Made by a program: the position numbers and the translations under genes
In this document: one piece after another, positions 16,901 to 33,434 of the stretch
How the letters are laid out: every line of letters starts with the position of its first letter
Position numbering within the stretch: position 1 is the first letter of the stretch
Assembly (NCBI GenBank): GCA_009914755.4
Contig: CP068257.2
Span: 1,888,001-1,952,000 of the forward strand
Length of the DNA stretch: 64,000 nucleotides
From: the human T2T-CHM13v2.0 reference genome, Homo sapiens
Direction: 5' to 3'
Notes under the pieces: generated by a model
Databases searched by the model: none
The model's input: only the letters and a program-made list of their open reading frames with translations
Told to the model about the DNA's origin: nothing

Positions 16901-19825
16901 TAAAATATCAAAGTACCCCAAATATATATTTTATACTGTACATGAAATATCAAAGTTCACAAACTATATATTATATACTGTAAATAAAATAAAGTCCCCA
17001 AGGTATATATTCTATACTGTACAAAAATATCAAAGTACCCAAAGCATGTATTATATACAGTACATAAAATATGAAAGTACATCAAATATATATTTTATTC
17101 TGTACATAAAATATCAAAGAACACCAGATATATATTCTATAGTGTACATAAAATAACAAAGTACACAAACTATAAATTATATACTGTACATAAAATATGA
17201 AATTACATCAAATATATATTAGGTACATAAAATATGAAAGTACATCAAACATAGATTATATACTGTACATAAAATTTCAATGTACCCCAAATATATATTT
17301 TATACTCTACATGAAATATCAAAGTTCACAAACCATATATTATATACTGTACATAAAATATCAAAGTACCCAAGGTATATATTCTATACTATACAAAAAA
17401 TATCAAAGTACCCAAAGCATGTATTATATACTGTACCTAAAATATGAAAGTACATCAAATATATATTTTATTCTGTACATAAAATATCAAATACACCAGA
17501 TATATATTCTATAGTGTACATAAAATATCAAAGTACCCAAACTATACATTATATACTGTACATAAAATATGAAATTACATCAAATATATTTTATATTAGG
17601 TATATAAAATATGAAAGTACATCAAATATAGATTATATACTGTACATTAAATACCAAAGTACCCCAAATATATATTTTATACTGTACATGAAATATCAAA
17701 GTTCACAAACTCTATAATATATACTGTACATATAATATCAAAGTACCCAAGGTATATATTCTATAGTGTACAAAAAATAACAAAGTACCAAAAGCATGTA
17801 TAATACACTGTACATAAAATATGAAAGTACATCAAATATATATTTTATTCTGTACATAAAATATCAAAGTACACCAGATATATATTCTATAGTGTACATA
17901 AACTATCAAAGTACCCAAACTATACGTTATATACTGTAAATAAAATATGAAATTACATCAAATATATTTTATATTAGGTACACAAAATATGAAAGTACAT
18001 CAAATATAGATTATATACTGTACACTAAATACCAAAGTACCCCAAATATATATTTTATACTGTACATGAAATATCAAAGTTCACAAACTATATATTATAT
18101 ACTGTACATAAAATATCAAAGTACCCAAGGTATATATTCTATACTGTACAAAAAATATCAAAGTACCCAAAGCATGTATTATATACTGTACCTAAAATAT
18201 GAAAGTACATCAAATATATATTTTATTCTGTACATAAAATATCAAAGTACACCAGATATATATTCTATAGTGTACATAAAATATCAAAGTACCCAAACTA
18301 TACATTATATACTGTACATAAAATATGAAATTACATCAAATATATATTATATAAGGTACATAAAATATGAAAGTACATCAAATATAGATTATATACTGTA
18401 CATTAAATACCAAAGTACCCCAAATATATATTTTATACTGTACATGAAATATCAAAGTTCACAAACTATATATTATATACTGTACATAAAATATCAAAGT
18501 ACCCAAGGTATATATTGTATACTGTACAAAAAATATCAAAGTACCCAAAGCATGTATTATATACTGGACCTAAAATATGAAAGTACATCAAATATATATT
18601 TTATTCTGTACATAAAATATCAAAATACACCAAATGTATATTCTATACTGTACATAAAATATCAAAGTACCCAAACTATACATTATATACTGTACATAAA
18701 ATATGAAATTACATCAAATATATATTATATTAGGTACATAAAATATGAACGTACATCAAATATAGATTATACACTGTACATAAAATATCAAAGTACCGCA
18801 AATATATATTATATACTCTACATGAAATATCAAAGTTCACAAACTATATATTATATACTGTACATAAAATAAAGTCCCCAAGGTATATATTCTATACTGT
18901 AGAAAAAATATCAAAGTACGCAAAGCATGTATTATATACTGTATATAAAATATGAAAGTACATCAAATATATATTTTATTCTGTACATAAAATATCAAAG
19001 TACACCAGATATATATTCTATAGTGTACATAAAATAACAAAGTTCAAAAACTATAAATTATAAACTGTACATAAAATATGAAATTACATCAAATATATAT
19101 TAGGTACATAAAATATGATAGTACATCAAATATAGATTATATACTGTACATAAAATATCAATGTACCCCAAATATATATTTTATACTCTACATGAAATAT
19201 CAAAGTTCACAAACCATATATTATATACTGTACATAAAATATCAAAGTACCCAAGGTATATATTCTATACTATACAAAAAATATCAAAGTACCCAAAGCA
19301 TGTATTATATACTGTACCTAAAATATGAAAGTACATCAAATATATATTTTATTCTGTACATAAAATATCAAAGTACACCAGATATATATTCTATAGTGTA
19401 CATAAAATATCAAAGTACCCAAACTATACATTATATACTGTACATAAAATATGAAATTACATCAAATATATATTATATTAGGTACATAAAATATGAAAGT
19501 ACATCAAATATAGATTATACACTGTACATAAAATATCAAAGTACCCCAAATATATATTATATACTCTACATGAAATATCAAAGTTTGCAAACTATATATT
19601 ATATACTGTACATAAAATAAAGTCCCCAAGGTATATATTCTATACTGTAGAAAAAATATCAAAGTACCCAAAGCATGTATTATATACTGTATATAAAATA
19701 TGAAAGTACATCAAATGTATATTTTATTCTGTACATAAAATATCAAAGTACACCAGATATATATTCTATAGTGTACATAAAATAACAAAGTACACAAACT
19801 ATAAATTATATACTGTACATAAAAT

Positions 19826-22800
19826 ATGAAATTACATCAAATATATATTAGGTACATAAAATATGAAAGTACATCAAATATAGATTATATACTGTACATA
19901 TATTATCAATGTACCCCAAATATATATTTTATACTCTACATGAAATATCAAAGTTCACAAACCATATATTATATACTGTACATAAAATATCAAAGTACCC
20001 AAGGTATATATTCTATACTATACAAAAAATATCAAAGTACCCAAAGCATGTATTATATACTGTACCTAAAATATGAAAGTACATCAAATATATATTTTAT
20101 TCTGTACATAAAATATCAAAGTACACCAGATATATATTCTATAGTGTACATAAAATATCAAAGTACCCAAACTATACATTATATACTGTACATAAAATAT
20201 GTAATTACATCAAATATATATTATATTAGGTACATAAAATATGAAAGTACATCAAATATAGATTATACACTGTACATAAAATATCAATGTACCCCAAATA
20301 TATATCATATACTCTACATGAAATATCAAAGTTTGCAAACTATATATTATATACTGTACATAAAATAAAGTCCCCAAGGTATATATTCTATACTGTAGAA
20401 AAAATATCAAAGTACGCAAAGCATGTATTATATACTGTATATAAAATATGAAAGTACATCAAATGTATATTTTATTCTGTACATAAAATATCAAAGTACA
20501 CCAGATATATATTCTATAGTGTACATAAAATAACAAAGTACACAAACTATAAATTATATACTGTACATAAAATATGAAATTACATCAAATATATATTAGG
20601 TACATAAAATATGAAAGTACATCAAATATAGATTATATACTGTACATATATTATCAATGTACCCCAAATATGTATTTTATACTCTACATGAAATATCAAA
20701 GTTCACAAACCTTATATTATATACTGTACATAAAATATCAAAGTACCCAAGGTATATATTCTATACTGTACAAAAAATATCAAAGTACCCAAAGCATGTT
20801 TTATATACTGTACATAAAATATGAAAGTACATCAAATATATATTTTATTCTGTACATAAAATATCAAAGTACACCAGATATATATTCTATAGTGTACATA
20901 AAATATCAAAGTACCCAAACTATACATTATATACTGTACATAAAATATGAAATTACATCAAATATATATTATATTAGGTACACAAAATATGAAAGTACAT
21001 CAAACATAGATTATATACTGTACATTAAATATCAAAGTACCCCAAATATATATTTTATACTGTACATGAAATATCAAAGTTCACAAACTATATATTATAT
21101 ACTGTACATAAAATATCAAAGTACCCAAGGTATATATTATATACTGTACAAAAAATATCAAAGTACCCAAAGCATGTATTATATACTGTATATAAAATAT
21201 GAAAGTACATCAAATATATATTTTATTCTGTACATAAAATATCAAAGTACACCAGATATATATTCTATAGTGTACATAAAATATCAAAGTACCCAAACTA
21301 TACATTATATACTGTACATAAAATATGAAATTACATCAAATATATATTATATTAGGTACATAAAATATGAAAGTACATCAAATATAGATTATATACTGTA
21401 CACTAAATACCAAAGTACCCCAAATATATATTTTATACTGTACATGAAATATCAAAGTTCACAAACTATATATTATATACTGTACATAAAATATCAAAGT
21501 ACCCAACTTATATATTCTATACTGTACAAAAAATATCAAAGTACCCAAATCATGTATTATATACTGTACCTAAAATATGAAAGTACATCAAATATATATT
21601 TTATTCTGTACATAAAATATCAAAGTACACCAGATATATATTCTATAGTGTACATAAAATATCAAAGTACCCAAACTATACATTATATACTGTACATAAA
21701 ATATGAAATTACATCAAATATATATTATATTAGGTACATAAAATATGAAAGTACATCAAATATAGATTATATACTGTACATAAAATATCAAAGTACCCCA
21801 AATATATATTATATACTCTACATGAAATATCAAAGTTCACAAACCATATATTATATACTGTACATAAAATAAAGTACCCAAGGTATATATTCTATACTGT
21901 AGAAAAAATATCAAAGGACCCAAAGCATGTATTATATACTGTATATAAAATATGAAAGTACATCAAATATATAATTTATTCTGTACATAAAATATCAAAG
22001 TACACCAGACATATATTCTATAGGGTACATAAAATAACAAAGTACAAAAACTATAAATTATATACTGTACATAAAATATGAAATTACATCAAATATATAT
22101 TAGGTACATAAAATATGAAAGTACATCAAATATAGATTATATACTGTACATAAAATTTCAATGTACCCCAAATATATATTTTATACTCTACATGAAATAT
22201 CAAAGTTCACAAACCATATATTATATACTGTACATAAAATATCAAAGTACCCAAGGTATATATTCTATACTATACAAAAAATATCAAAGTACCCAAAGCA
22301 TGTATTATATACTGTACCTAAAATATGAAAGTACATCAAATATATATTTTATTCTGTACATAAAATATCAAAGTACACCAGATATATATTCTATAGTGTA
22401 CATAAAATATCAAAGTACCCAAACTATACATTATATACTGTACATAAAATATGAAATTACATCAAATATATTTTATATTAGGTACATAAAATATGAAAGT
22501 ACATCAAATATAGATTATATACTGTACATTAAATACCAAAGTACCCCAAATATATATTTTATACTGTACATGAAATATCAAAGTTCACAAACTATATATT
22601 ATATACTGTACATATAATATCAAAGTACCCAAGGTATATATTCTATACTGTACAAAAAATAACAAAGTACCAAAAGCATGTATAATATACTGTACATAAA
22701 ATATGAAAGTACATCAAATATATATTTTATTCTGTACATAAAATATCAAAGTACACCAGATATATATTCTATAGTGTACATAAAATATCAAAATACCCAA

Positions 22801-25800
22801 ACTATACATTATATACTGTATATAAAATATGAAATTACATCAAATATATTTTATATTAGGTACACAAAATATGAAAGTACATCAAATATAGATTATATAC
22901 TGTACATTAAATACCAAAGTACCCCAAATATATATTTTATACTGTACATGAAATATGAAAGTTCACAAACTATATATTATATACTGTACATAAAATATCA
23001 AAGTAACCAAGATATATATTCTATACTGTACAAAAAATATCAAAGTACCAAAAGCATGTATTATATACTGTACATTAAATATGAAAGTACATCAAATATA
23101 TATTTCATTCTGTACATAATATATCAAAGTACACCAGATATATATTCTATAGTGTACATAAAATAACAAAGTACACAAACTATAAATTATATACTGTACA
23201 TAAAATATGAAATTACATCAAATATATATTAGGTACATAAAATATGAAAGTACATCAAATATAGATTATATACTGTACATAAAATATCAATGTACCCCAA
23301 ATATATATTTTATACTATACATGAAATATCAAAGTTCACAAACCATATATTGTATACTGTACATAAAATATCAAAGTACCCAAGGTATATATTCTATACT
23401 GTACAAAAAATATCAAAGTACCCAAAGCATGTATTATATACTGTACATAAAATATGAAAGTACATCAAATATATATTTTATTCTGTACATAATATATCAA
23501 AGTACACCAGATATATATTCTATAGTGTACATAAAATATCAAAGTACCCAAACTATACATTATATACTGTACATAAAATATGAAATTACATCAAATATAT
23601 ATTAAATTAGGTACATAAAATACGAGAGTACATCAAATATAGATTATATACTGTACATTAAATACCAAAGTACCCCAAATATATATTTTATACTGTACAT
23701 GAAATATCAAAGTTCACAAACTATATATTATATACTGTACATAAAATATCAAAGTACCCAAGGTATATATTATATACTGTACAAAAAATATCAAAGTACC
23801 CAAAGCATGTATTATATACTGCATATAAAATATGAAAGTACATCAAATATATATTTTATTCTGTACATAAAATATCAAAGTACACCAGATATATATTCTA
23901 TAGTGTACATAAAATATCAAAGTACCCAAACTATACATTATATACTGTACATAAAATATGAAATTACATCAAATATATATTATATTAGGTACATAAAATA
24001 TGAAAGTACATCAAATATAGATTATATACTGTACATAAAATATCAAAGTACCCCAAATATATATTATATACTCTACATGAAATATCAAAGTTCACAAACC
24101 ATATATTATATACTGTACATAAAATAAAGTACCCAAGGTATATATTCTATACTGTAGAAAAAATATCAAAGGACCCAAAGCATGTATTATATACTGTATA
24201 TAAAATATGAAAGTACATCAAATATATAATTTATTCTGTACATAAAATATCAAAGTACACCAGACATATATTCTATAGTGTACATAAAATAACAAAGTAC
24301 ACAAACTATAAATTATATACTGTACATAAAATATGAAATTACATCTAATATATATTAGGTACATAAAATATGAAAGTACATCAAATATAGATTATATACT
24401 GTACATAAAATATCAATGTACCCCAAATATATATTTTATACTCTAAATGAAATATCAAAGTTCACAAACCATATATTATATACTGTACATAAAATATCAA
24501 AGTACCCAAGGTATATATTCTATACTATACAAAAAATATCAAAATACCCAAAGCATGTATTATATACTGTACCTAAAATATGAAAGTACATCAAATATAT
24601 ATTTTATTCTGTACATAAAATATCAAAGTACACCAGATATATATTCTATAGTGTACATAAAATATCAAAGTACCCAAACTATACATTATATACTGTACAT
24701 AAAATATGAAATTACATCAAATATATATTATATTAGGTACATAAAATATGTAAGTACATCAAATATAGATTATACACTGTACATAAAATATCAAAGTACC
24801 CCAAATATATATTATATACTCTACATGAAATATCAAAGTTTGCAAACTATATATTATATACTGTACATAAAATAAAGTCCCCAAGGTATATATTCTATAC
24901 TGTAGAAAAAATATCAAAGTACCCAAAGCATGTATTATATACTGTATATAAAATATGAAAGTACATCAAATGTATATTTTATTCTGTACATAAAATATCA
25001 AAGTACACCAGATATATATTCTATAGTGTACATAAAATAACAAAGTACACAAACTATAAATTATATACTGTACATAAAATATGAAATTACATCAAATATA
25101 TATTAGGTACATAAAATATGAAAGTACATCAAATATAGATTATATACTGTACATATATTATCAATGTACCCCAAATATGTATTTTATACTCTACATGAAA
25201 TATCAAAGTTCACAAACCATATATTATATACTGTACATAAAATATCAAAGTACCCAAGGTATATATTCTATACTGTACAAAAAATATCAAAGTACCCAAA
25301 GCATGTTTTATATACTGTACATAAAATATGAAAGTACATCAAATATATATTTTATTCTGTACATAAAATATCAAAGTACACCAGATATATATTCTATAGT
25401 GTACATAAAATATCAAAGTACCCAAACTATACATTATATACTGTACATAAAATATGAAATTACATCAAATATATATTATATTAGGTACATAAAATATGAA
25501 AGTACATCAAACATAGATTATATACTGTACATTAAATATCAAAGTACCCCAAATATATATTTTATACTGTACATGAAATATCAAAGTTCACAAACTATAT
25601 ATTATATACTGTACATAAAATATCAAAGTACCCAAGGTATATATTATATACTGTACAAAAAATATCAAAGTACCCAAAGCATGTATTATATACTGCATAT
25701 AAAATATGAAAGTACATCAAATATATATTTTATTCTGTACATAAAATATCAAAGTACACCAGATATATATTCTATAGTGTACATAAAATATCAAAGTACC

Positions 25801-26584
25801 CAAACTATACATTATATACTGTACATAAAATATGAAATTACATCAAATATATATTATATTAGGTTCATAAAATATGAAAGTACATCAAATATAGATTATA
25901 TACTGTACACTAAATACCTAAGTACCCCAAATATATATTTTATACTGTACATGAAATATCAAAGTTCACAAACTATATATTATATACTGTACATAAAATA
26001 TCAAAGTACCCAACGTATATATTCTATACTGTACAAAAAATATCAAAGTACCCAAATCATGTATTATATACTGTACCTAAAATATGAAAGTACATCAAAT
26101 ATATATTTTATTCTGTACATAAAATATCAAAGTACACCAGATATATATTCTATAGTGTACATAAAATATCAAAGTACCCAAACTATACATTATATACTGT
26201 ACATAAAATATGAAATTACATCAAATATATATTATATTAGGTACATAAAATATGAAAGTACATCAAATATAGATTATATACTGTACATAAAATATCAAAG
26301 TACCCCAAATATATATTATATACTCTACATGAAATATCAAAGTTCACAAACCATATATTATATACTGTACATAAAATAAAGTACCCAAGGTATATATTCT
26401 ATACTGTAGAAAAAATATCAAAGGACCCAAAGCATGTATTATATACTGTATATAAAATATGAAAGTACATCAAATATATAATTTATTCTGTACATATAAT
26501 ATCAAAGTACACCAGACATATATTCTATAGTGTACATAAAATAACAAAGTACAAAAACTATAAATTATATACTGTACATAAAAT
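19826..26584. repeat. Segmental duplication pair at offset 4507: about 19826-22077 matches about 24333-26584 (~2.25 kb, roughly 99.5% identical)
   Basis: The 432-aa pseudo-ORFs at 20574 and 25081 differ at about 6 residues; the units at 22078 and 26585 both open with the IKFQCT variant aaaatttcaatgtacc. Confidence 0.7.
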
Positions 26585-29500
26585 ATGAAATTACATCTAA
26601 TATATATTAGGTACATAAAATATGAAAGTACATCAAATATAGATTATATACTGTACATAAAATTTCAATGTACCCCAAATATATATTTTATACTCTACGT
26701 GAAATATCAAAGTTCACAAACCATATATTGTATACTGTACATAAAATATCAAAGTACCCAAGGTATATGTTCTATACTGTACAAAAAATATCAAAGTACC
26801 CAAAGCATGTATTATATACTGTACATAAAATATGAAAGTACATCATATATATATTTAATTCCGTACATAAAATATCAAAGTACACCAGATATATATTCTA
26901 TTGTGTACATAAAATATCAAAGTACACAAACTATACATTATATACTGTACATAAAATATGAAATTACATCAAATATATATTATATAAGGTACATAAAATA
27001 TGAAAGTACATCAAATATAGATTATATACTGTACAATAAATACCAAAGAACCCCAAATATATATTATATACTGTACATTAAATACCAAAGATCCCCAAAT
27101 ATATATTATATACTCTACATGAAATATCAAAGTTCACAAACAATATATTATATACTGTACATAAAATATCAAAGAACCCAAGGTATATATTCTATACTGT
27201 ACAAAAAATATCAAAGTACCCAAAGCATGTATTATATACTGTATATAAAATATGAAAGTACATCAAATATATATTTTATTCTGTACATAAAATATCAAAG
27301 TACACCAGATATATATTCTATAGTGTACATAAAATAACAAAGTACAAAAACTATAAATTATATACTGTACATAAAATATGAAATTACATCAAATATATAT
27401 TAGTTACATAAAATATGAAAGTACATCAAATATAGATTATATACTGTACATAAAATATGAATGTACCCCAAATATATATTTTATACTCGACATGAAATAT
27501 CAAAGTTCACAAACCATATAATATATACTATACATAAAATATCAAAGTACCCAAGGTATATATTCTATACTGTACAAAAAATATCAAAGTACCCAAAGCA
27601 TGTATTATATACTGTACATAAAATATGAAAGTACATCAAATATATATTTTATTCTGTACATAAAATATCAAAGTACACCAGATATATATTCTATAGTGTA
27701 CATAAAATATCAAAGTACCCAAACTATACATTATATACTGTACATAAAATATGAAATTACCTCAAATATATATTATATTAGGTACATAAAATATGAAAGT
27801 ACATCAAATATAGATTATATACTGTACATTAAATACCAAAGTACCCCAAATATATATTTTATAGTGTACATGAAATATCACAGTTCACAAACTATATATT
27901 ATATACTGTACATATAATATCAAAGTACCCAAGGTATATATTCTATACTGTACAAAAAATATCAAAGTACCCAAAGCATGTATTATATACAGTACATAAA
28001 ATATGAAAGTACATCAAATATATATTTTATTCTGTACATAAAATATCAAAGTACACCAGATATATATTCTATAGTGTACATAAAATAACAAAGTACACAA
28101 ACTATAAATTATATACTGTACATAAAATATGAAATTACATCAAATATATATTAGGTATATAAATTATGAAAGTACATCAAATATAGATTTTATACTGTAC
28201 ATAAAATATCAATGTACCCCAAATATATATTTTATACTCTACATGAAATACCAAAGTTCACAAACCATATATTATATACTGTACATAAAATATCAAAGTA
28301 CCCAAGGTATATATTCTATACTGTACAAAAAATATCAAAGTACCCAAAGCATGTATTATATACTGTACATAAAATATGAAAGTACATCAAATATGTATTT
28401 TATTCTGTACATAAAATATCAAAGTACACCAGATATATATTCTATAGTGTACATAAAATATCAAAGTACCCAAACTATACATTATATACTGTACATAAAA
28501 TATGAAATTACATCAAATATATATTATATTAGGTACATAAAATATGAAAGTACATCAAATATAGATTATATACTGTACATAAAATATCAAAGTACCCCAA
28601 ATATATATTATATACTCTACATGAAATATCAAAGTTCACAAACTATATATTATATACTGTACATAAAATATCAAAGTACCCAAGGTATATATTCTATAAT
28701 GTACAAAAAATATCAAAGTACCCAAAGCGTGTATTATATACTGTATATAAAATGTGAAATTACATCAGATATATATTTTATTCTGTACATAAAATATCAA
28801 AGTACACCAGATATATATTCTATAGTGTACATAAAATATCAAAGTACCCAAACTATACATTATATACTGTACATAAAATATGAAATTACATCAAATATAT
28901 ATTATATTAGGTACATAAAATATGAAAGTACACCAAATATAGATTATATACTGTACATTAAATACCAAAGTACCCCAAATCTATATTTTATACTGTACAT
29001 GAAATATCAAAGTTCACAAACTGTATATTATATACTGTACATAAAATATCAAAGTACCCAAGGTATATATTCTATACTGTACAAAAAATATCAAAGTAAC
29101 CAAAGCATGTATTATATACTGTACCTAAAATATGAAAGTTCATCAAATATATATTTTATTCTGTACATAAAATATCAAAGTACACTAGATATATATTCTA
29201 TAGTGTACATAAAATACCAAAGTACCCAAACTATACATTATATACTGTACATAAAATATGAAATGACATCAAATATATATTATCTTAGGTATATAAAATA
29301 TGAAAGTACATCAAATATAGATTATACACTGTACATAAAATATCAAAGTACCCCAAATATATATTATATACTCTACATGAAATATCAAAGTTCACAAACT
29401 TTATATTATATACTGTACATAAAATAAAGTCCCCAAGGTATATATTCTATACTGTAGAAAAAATATCAAAGTACCCAAAGCATGTATTATATACTGTATA

Positions 29501-29632
29501 TAAAATATGAAAGTACATCAAATATATATTTTATTCTGTACATAATATATCAAAGTACACCAGATATATATTCTATAGTGTACATAAAATAACAAAGTAC
29601 AAAAACTATAAATTATATACTGTACATAAAAT
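26585..29632. repeat. Block X copy 1 (3048 bp); it recurs at 33435 and 37238
   Basis: Identical 250-aa (26585/33435/37238), 105-aa (27600/34450/38253) and 432-aa (28129/38782) pseudo-ORF translations. Confidence 0.75.
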
Positions 29633-32600
29633 ATGGTATTACATCAAATATATATTAGCTACATAAAATATGAAAGTACATCAAATATAGATTATATACT
29701 GTACATAAAATTTCAATGTACCCCAAATATATATTTTATACTCTACATGAAATATCAAAGTTCACAAACCATATATTATATACTGTACATAAAATATCAA
29801 AGTACCCAAGGTATATATTCTATACTATACAAAAAATATCAAAGTACCCAAAGCATGTATTATATACTGTACCTAAAATATGAAAGTACATCAAATATAT
29901 ATTTTATTCTGTACATAAAATATCAAAGTACACCAGATATACATTCTATAGTGTACATAAAATATCAAAGTACCCAAACTATACATTATATACTGTACAT
30001 AAAATATGAAATTACATCAAATATATTTTATATTAGGTACATAAAATATGAAAGTACATCAAATATAGATTATATACTGTACATTAAATACCAAAGTACC
30101 CCAAATATATATTTTATACTGTACATGAAATATCAAAGTTCACAAACTATATATTATATACTGTACATATAATATCAAAGTACCCAAGGTATATATTCTA
30201 TACTGTACAAAAAATAACAAAGTACCAAAAGCATGTATAATATACTGTACATAAAATATGAAAGTACATCAAATATATATTTTATTCTGTACATAAAATA
30301 TCAAAGTACACCAGATATATATTCTATAGTGTACATAAAATATCAAAGTACCCAAACTATACATTATATACTGTACATAAAATATGAAATTACATCAAAT
30401 ATATATTATATTAGGTACATAAAATATGAAAGTACATCAAGTATAGATTATATACTGTACATTAAATACCAAAGTACCCCAAATATATATTTTATACTGT
30501 ACATGAAATATCAAAGTTCACAAACTATATATTATATACTGTACATAAATTATCAAAGTACCCAAGGTATATATTCTATACTGTACAAAAAATATCAAAG
30601 TACCCAAAGCATGTATTATATACTGTACATAAAATATGAAAGTACATCAAATATATATTTTATTCTGTACATAATATATCAAAGTACACCAGATATATAT
30701 TCTATAGTGTACATAAAATAACAAAGAACACAAACTATACATTATATACTGTACATAAAATATGAAATTACATCAAATATATATTAGGTGCATAAAATAT
30801 GAAAGTACATCAAATATAGATTATATACTGTACATAAAATATCAATGTACCCCAAATATATATTTTATACTATATATGAAATATCAAAGTTCACAAACCA
30901 TATATTGTATACTGTACATAAAATATCAAAGTACCCAAGGTATATGTTCTATACTGTACAAAAAATATCAAAGTACCCAAAGCATGTATTATATACTGTA
31001 CATAAAATATGAAAGTACATCAAATATATATTTTATTCCGTACATAAAATATCAAAGTACACCAGATATATATTCTATAGTGTACATAAAATATCAAAGT
31101 ACACAAACTATACATTATATACTGTACATAAAATATGAAATTACATCAAATATATATTATATAAGGTACATAAAATATGAAAGTACATCAAATATAGATT
31201 ATATACTGTACAATAAATACCAAAGAACCCCAAATATATATTATATACTGTACATTAAATACCAAAGAACCCAAAATATATATTATATACTCTACATGAA
31301 ATATCAAAGTTCACAAACTATATATTATATACTGTACATATAATATCAAAGTACCCAAGGTATATATTCTATACTGTACAAAAAATATCAAAGTACCCAA
31401 AGCATGTATTATATACAGTACATAAAATATGAAAGTACATCAAATATATATTTTATTCTGTACATAAAATATCAAAGTACACCAGATATATATTCTATAG
31501 TGTACATAAAATAACAAAGTACACAAACTATACATTATATACTGTACATAAAATATGAAATTACATCAAATATATATTAGGTACATAAAATATGAAAGTA
31601 CATCAAATATAGATTATATACTGTACATGAAATATCAAAGTACCCCAATATATATTTTATACTCTACATGAAATACCAAAGTTCACAAACCATATATTAT
31701 ATACTGTACATAAAATATCAAAGTACCCAAGGTATATATTCTATACTGTACAAAAAATATCAAAGTACCCAAAGCATGTATTATATACTGTACATAAAAT
31801 ATGAAAGTACATCAAATATGTATTTTATTCTGTACATAAAATATCAAAGTACACCAGATATATATTCTATAGTGTACATAAAATATCAAAGTACCCAAAC
31901 TATACATTATATACTGTACATAAAATATGAAATTACATCAAATATATATTATATTAGGTACATAAAATATGAAAGTACATCAAATATAGATTATATACTG
32001 TACATAAAATATCAAAGTACCCCAAATATATATTATATACTCTACAAGAAATATCAAAGTTCACAAACTATATATTATATACTGTACATAAAATATCAAA
32101 GTACCCAAGGTATATATTCTATAATGTACAAAAAATATCAAAGTACCCAAAGCGTGTATTATATACTGTATATAAAATGTGAAATTACATCAGATATATA
32201 TTTTATTCTGTACATAAAATATCAAAGTACACCAGATATATATTCTATAGTGTACATAAAATATCAAAGAACCCAAACTATACATTATATACTGTACATA
32301 AAATATGAAATTACATCAAATATATATTATATTAGGTACATAAAATATGAAAGTACATCAAATATAGATTATATACTGTACATTAAATACCAAAGTACCC
32401 CAAATATATATTTTATACTCTACATGAAATATCAAAGTTCACAAACTATATATTATATACTGTACATAAAATATCAAAGTACCCAAGGTATATATTCTAT
32501 ACTGTAAAAAAATATCAAAGTACCCAAAGCATGTATTATATACTGTACCTAAAATATGAAAGTACATCAAATATATATTTTATTCTGTACATAAAATATC

Positions 32601-32700
32601 AAAGTACACCAGATATATATTCTATAGTGTAAATAAAATATCAAAGTACCCAAACTATACATTATATACTGTACATAAAATATGAAATTACATCAAATAT
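29633..32700. repeat. Block Y copy 1 (about 3.1 kb), duplicated at 40286-43350 (offset 10653)
   Basis: Identical pseudo-ORFs 29633/40286 (179 aa, MVLHQIYISY variant), 30233/40886, 30762/41415 and 31668/42321 (279 aa). The match is lost around 32.7 kb versus 43.35 kb. Confidence 0.7.
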
Positions 32701-33434
32701 ATATTATATTAGGTTCATAAAATATGAAAGTACATCAAATATAGATTATATACTGTACACTAAATACCTAAGTACCCCAAATATATATTTTATACTGTAC
32801 ATGAAATATCAAAGTTCACAAACTATATATTATATACTGTACATAAAATATCAAAGTACCCAACGTATATATTCTATACTGTACAAAAAATATCAAAGTA
32901 CCCAAATCATGTATTATATACTGTACCTAAAATATGAAAGTACATCAAATATATATTTTATTCTGTACATAAAATATCAAAGTACACCAGATATATATTC
33001 TATAGTGTACATAAAATATCAAAGTACCCAAACTATACATTATATACTGTACATAAAATATGAAATTACATCAAATATATATTATATTAGGTACATAAAA
33101 TATGAAAGTACATCAAATATAGATTATATACTGTACATAAAATATCAAAGTACCCCAAATATATATTATATACTCTACATGAAATATCAAAGTTCACAAA
33201 CCATATATTATATACTGTACATAAAATAAAGTACCCAAGGTATATATTCTATACTGTAGAAAAAATATCAAAGGACCCAAAGCATGTATTATATACTGTA
33301 TATAAAATATGAGAGTACATCAAATATATAATTTATTCTGTACATATAATATCAAAGTACACCAGACATATATTCTATAGTGTACATAAAATAACAAAGT
33401 ACAAAAACTATAAATTATATACTGTACATAAAAT

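Larger units (their letters stand above)
5668..17196. repeat. Three tandem copies of a ~3.4-4.1-kb superunit (approximately 5668-9679, 9680-13062, 13063-17196); copies 1 and 2 are nearly identical, copy 3 is slightly more diverged
   Basis: Identical pseudo-ORF translations at offset 4012 (5668/9680, 6538/10550, 7175/11187, 7926/11938) and at offset 3383 (9680/13063, 10550/13933, 11187/14570, 11938/15321). Copy 2 lacks about 630 bp that is present at the end of copy 1 (around 8950-9679). Confidence 0.75.

Noticed and set aside
20574-21872. 432-aa ORF (likewise 25081, 28129, 34979 at 443 aa, 38782, and 61122 at 449 aa) as a possible tyrosine-rich repetitive protein
   Set aside because: The translation is exactly 14-aa periodic and mirrors the 42-bp monomers. 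The same 'protein' restarts at every beta M1 ATG and ends at the same repeat-encoded TAA. All copies are identical because the DNA repeats are, not through selection. There is no signal peptide and no domain-like non-periodic region. Its AT-driven amino-acid composition (Y, I, K, N, S, T) is not typical of real genes, and there are no upstream regulatory or unique sequences.
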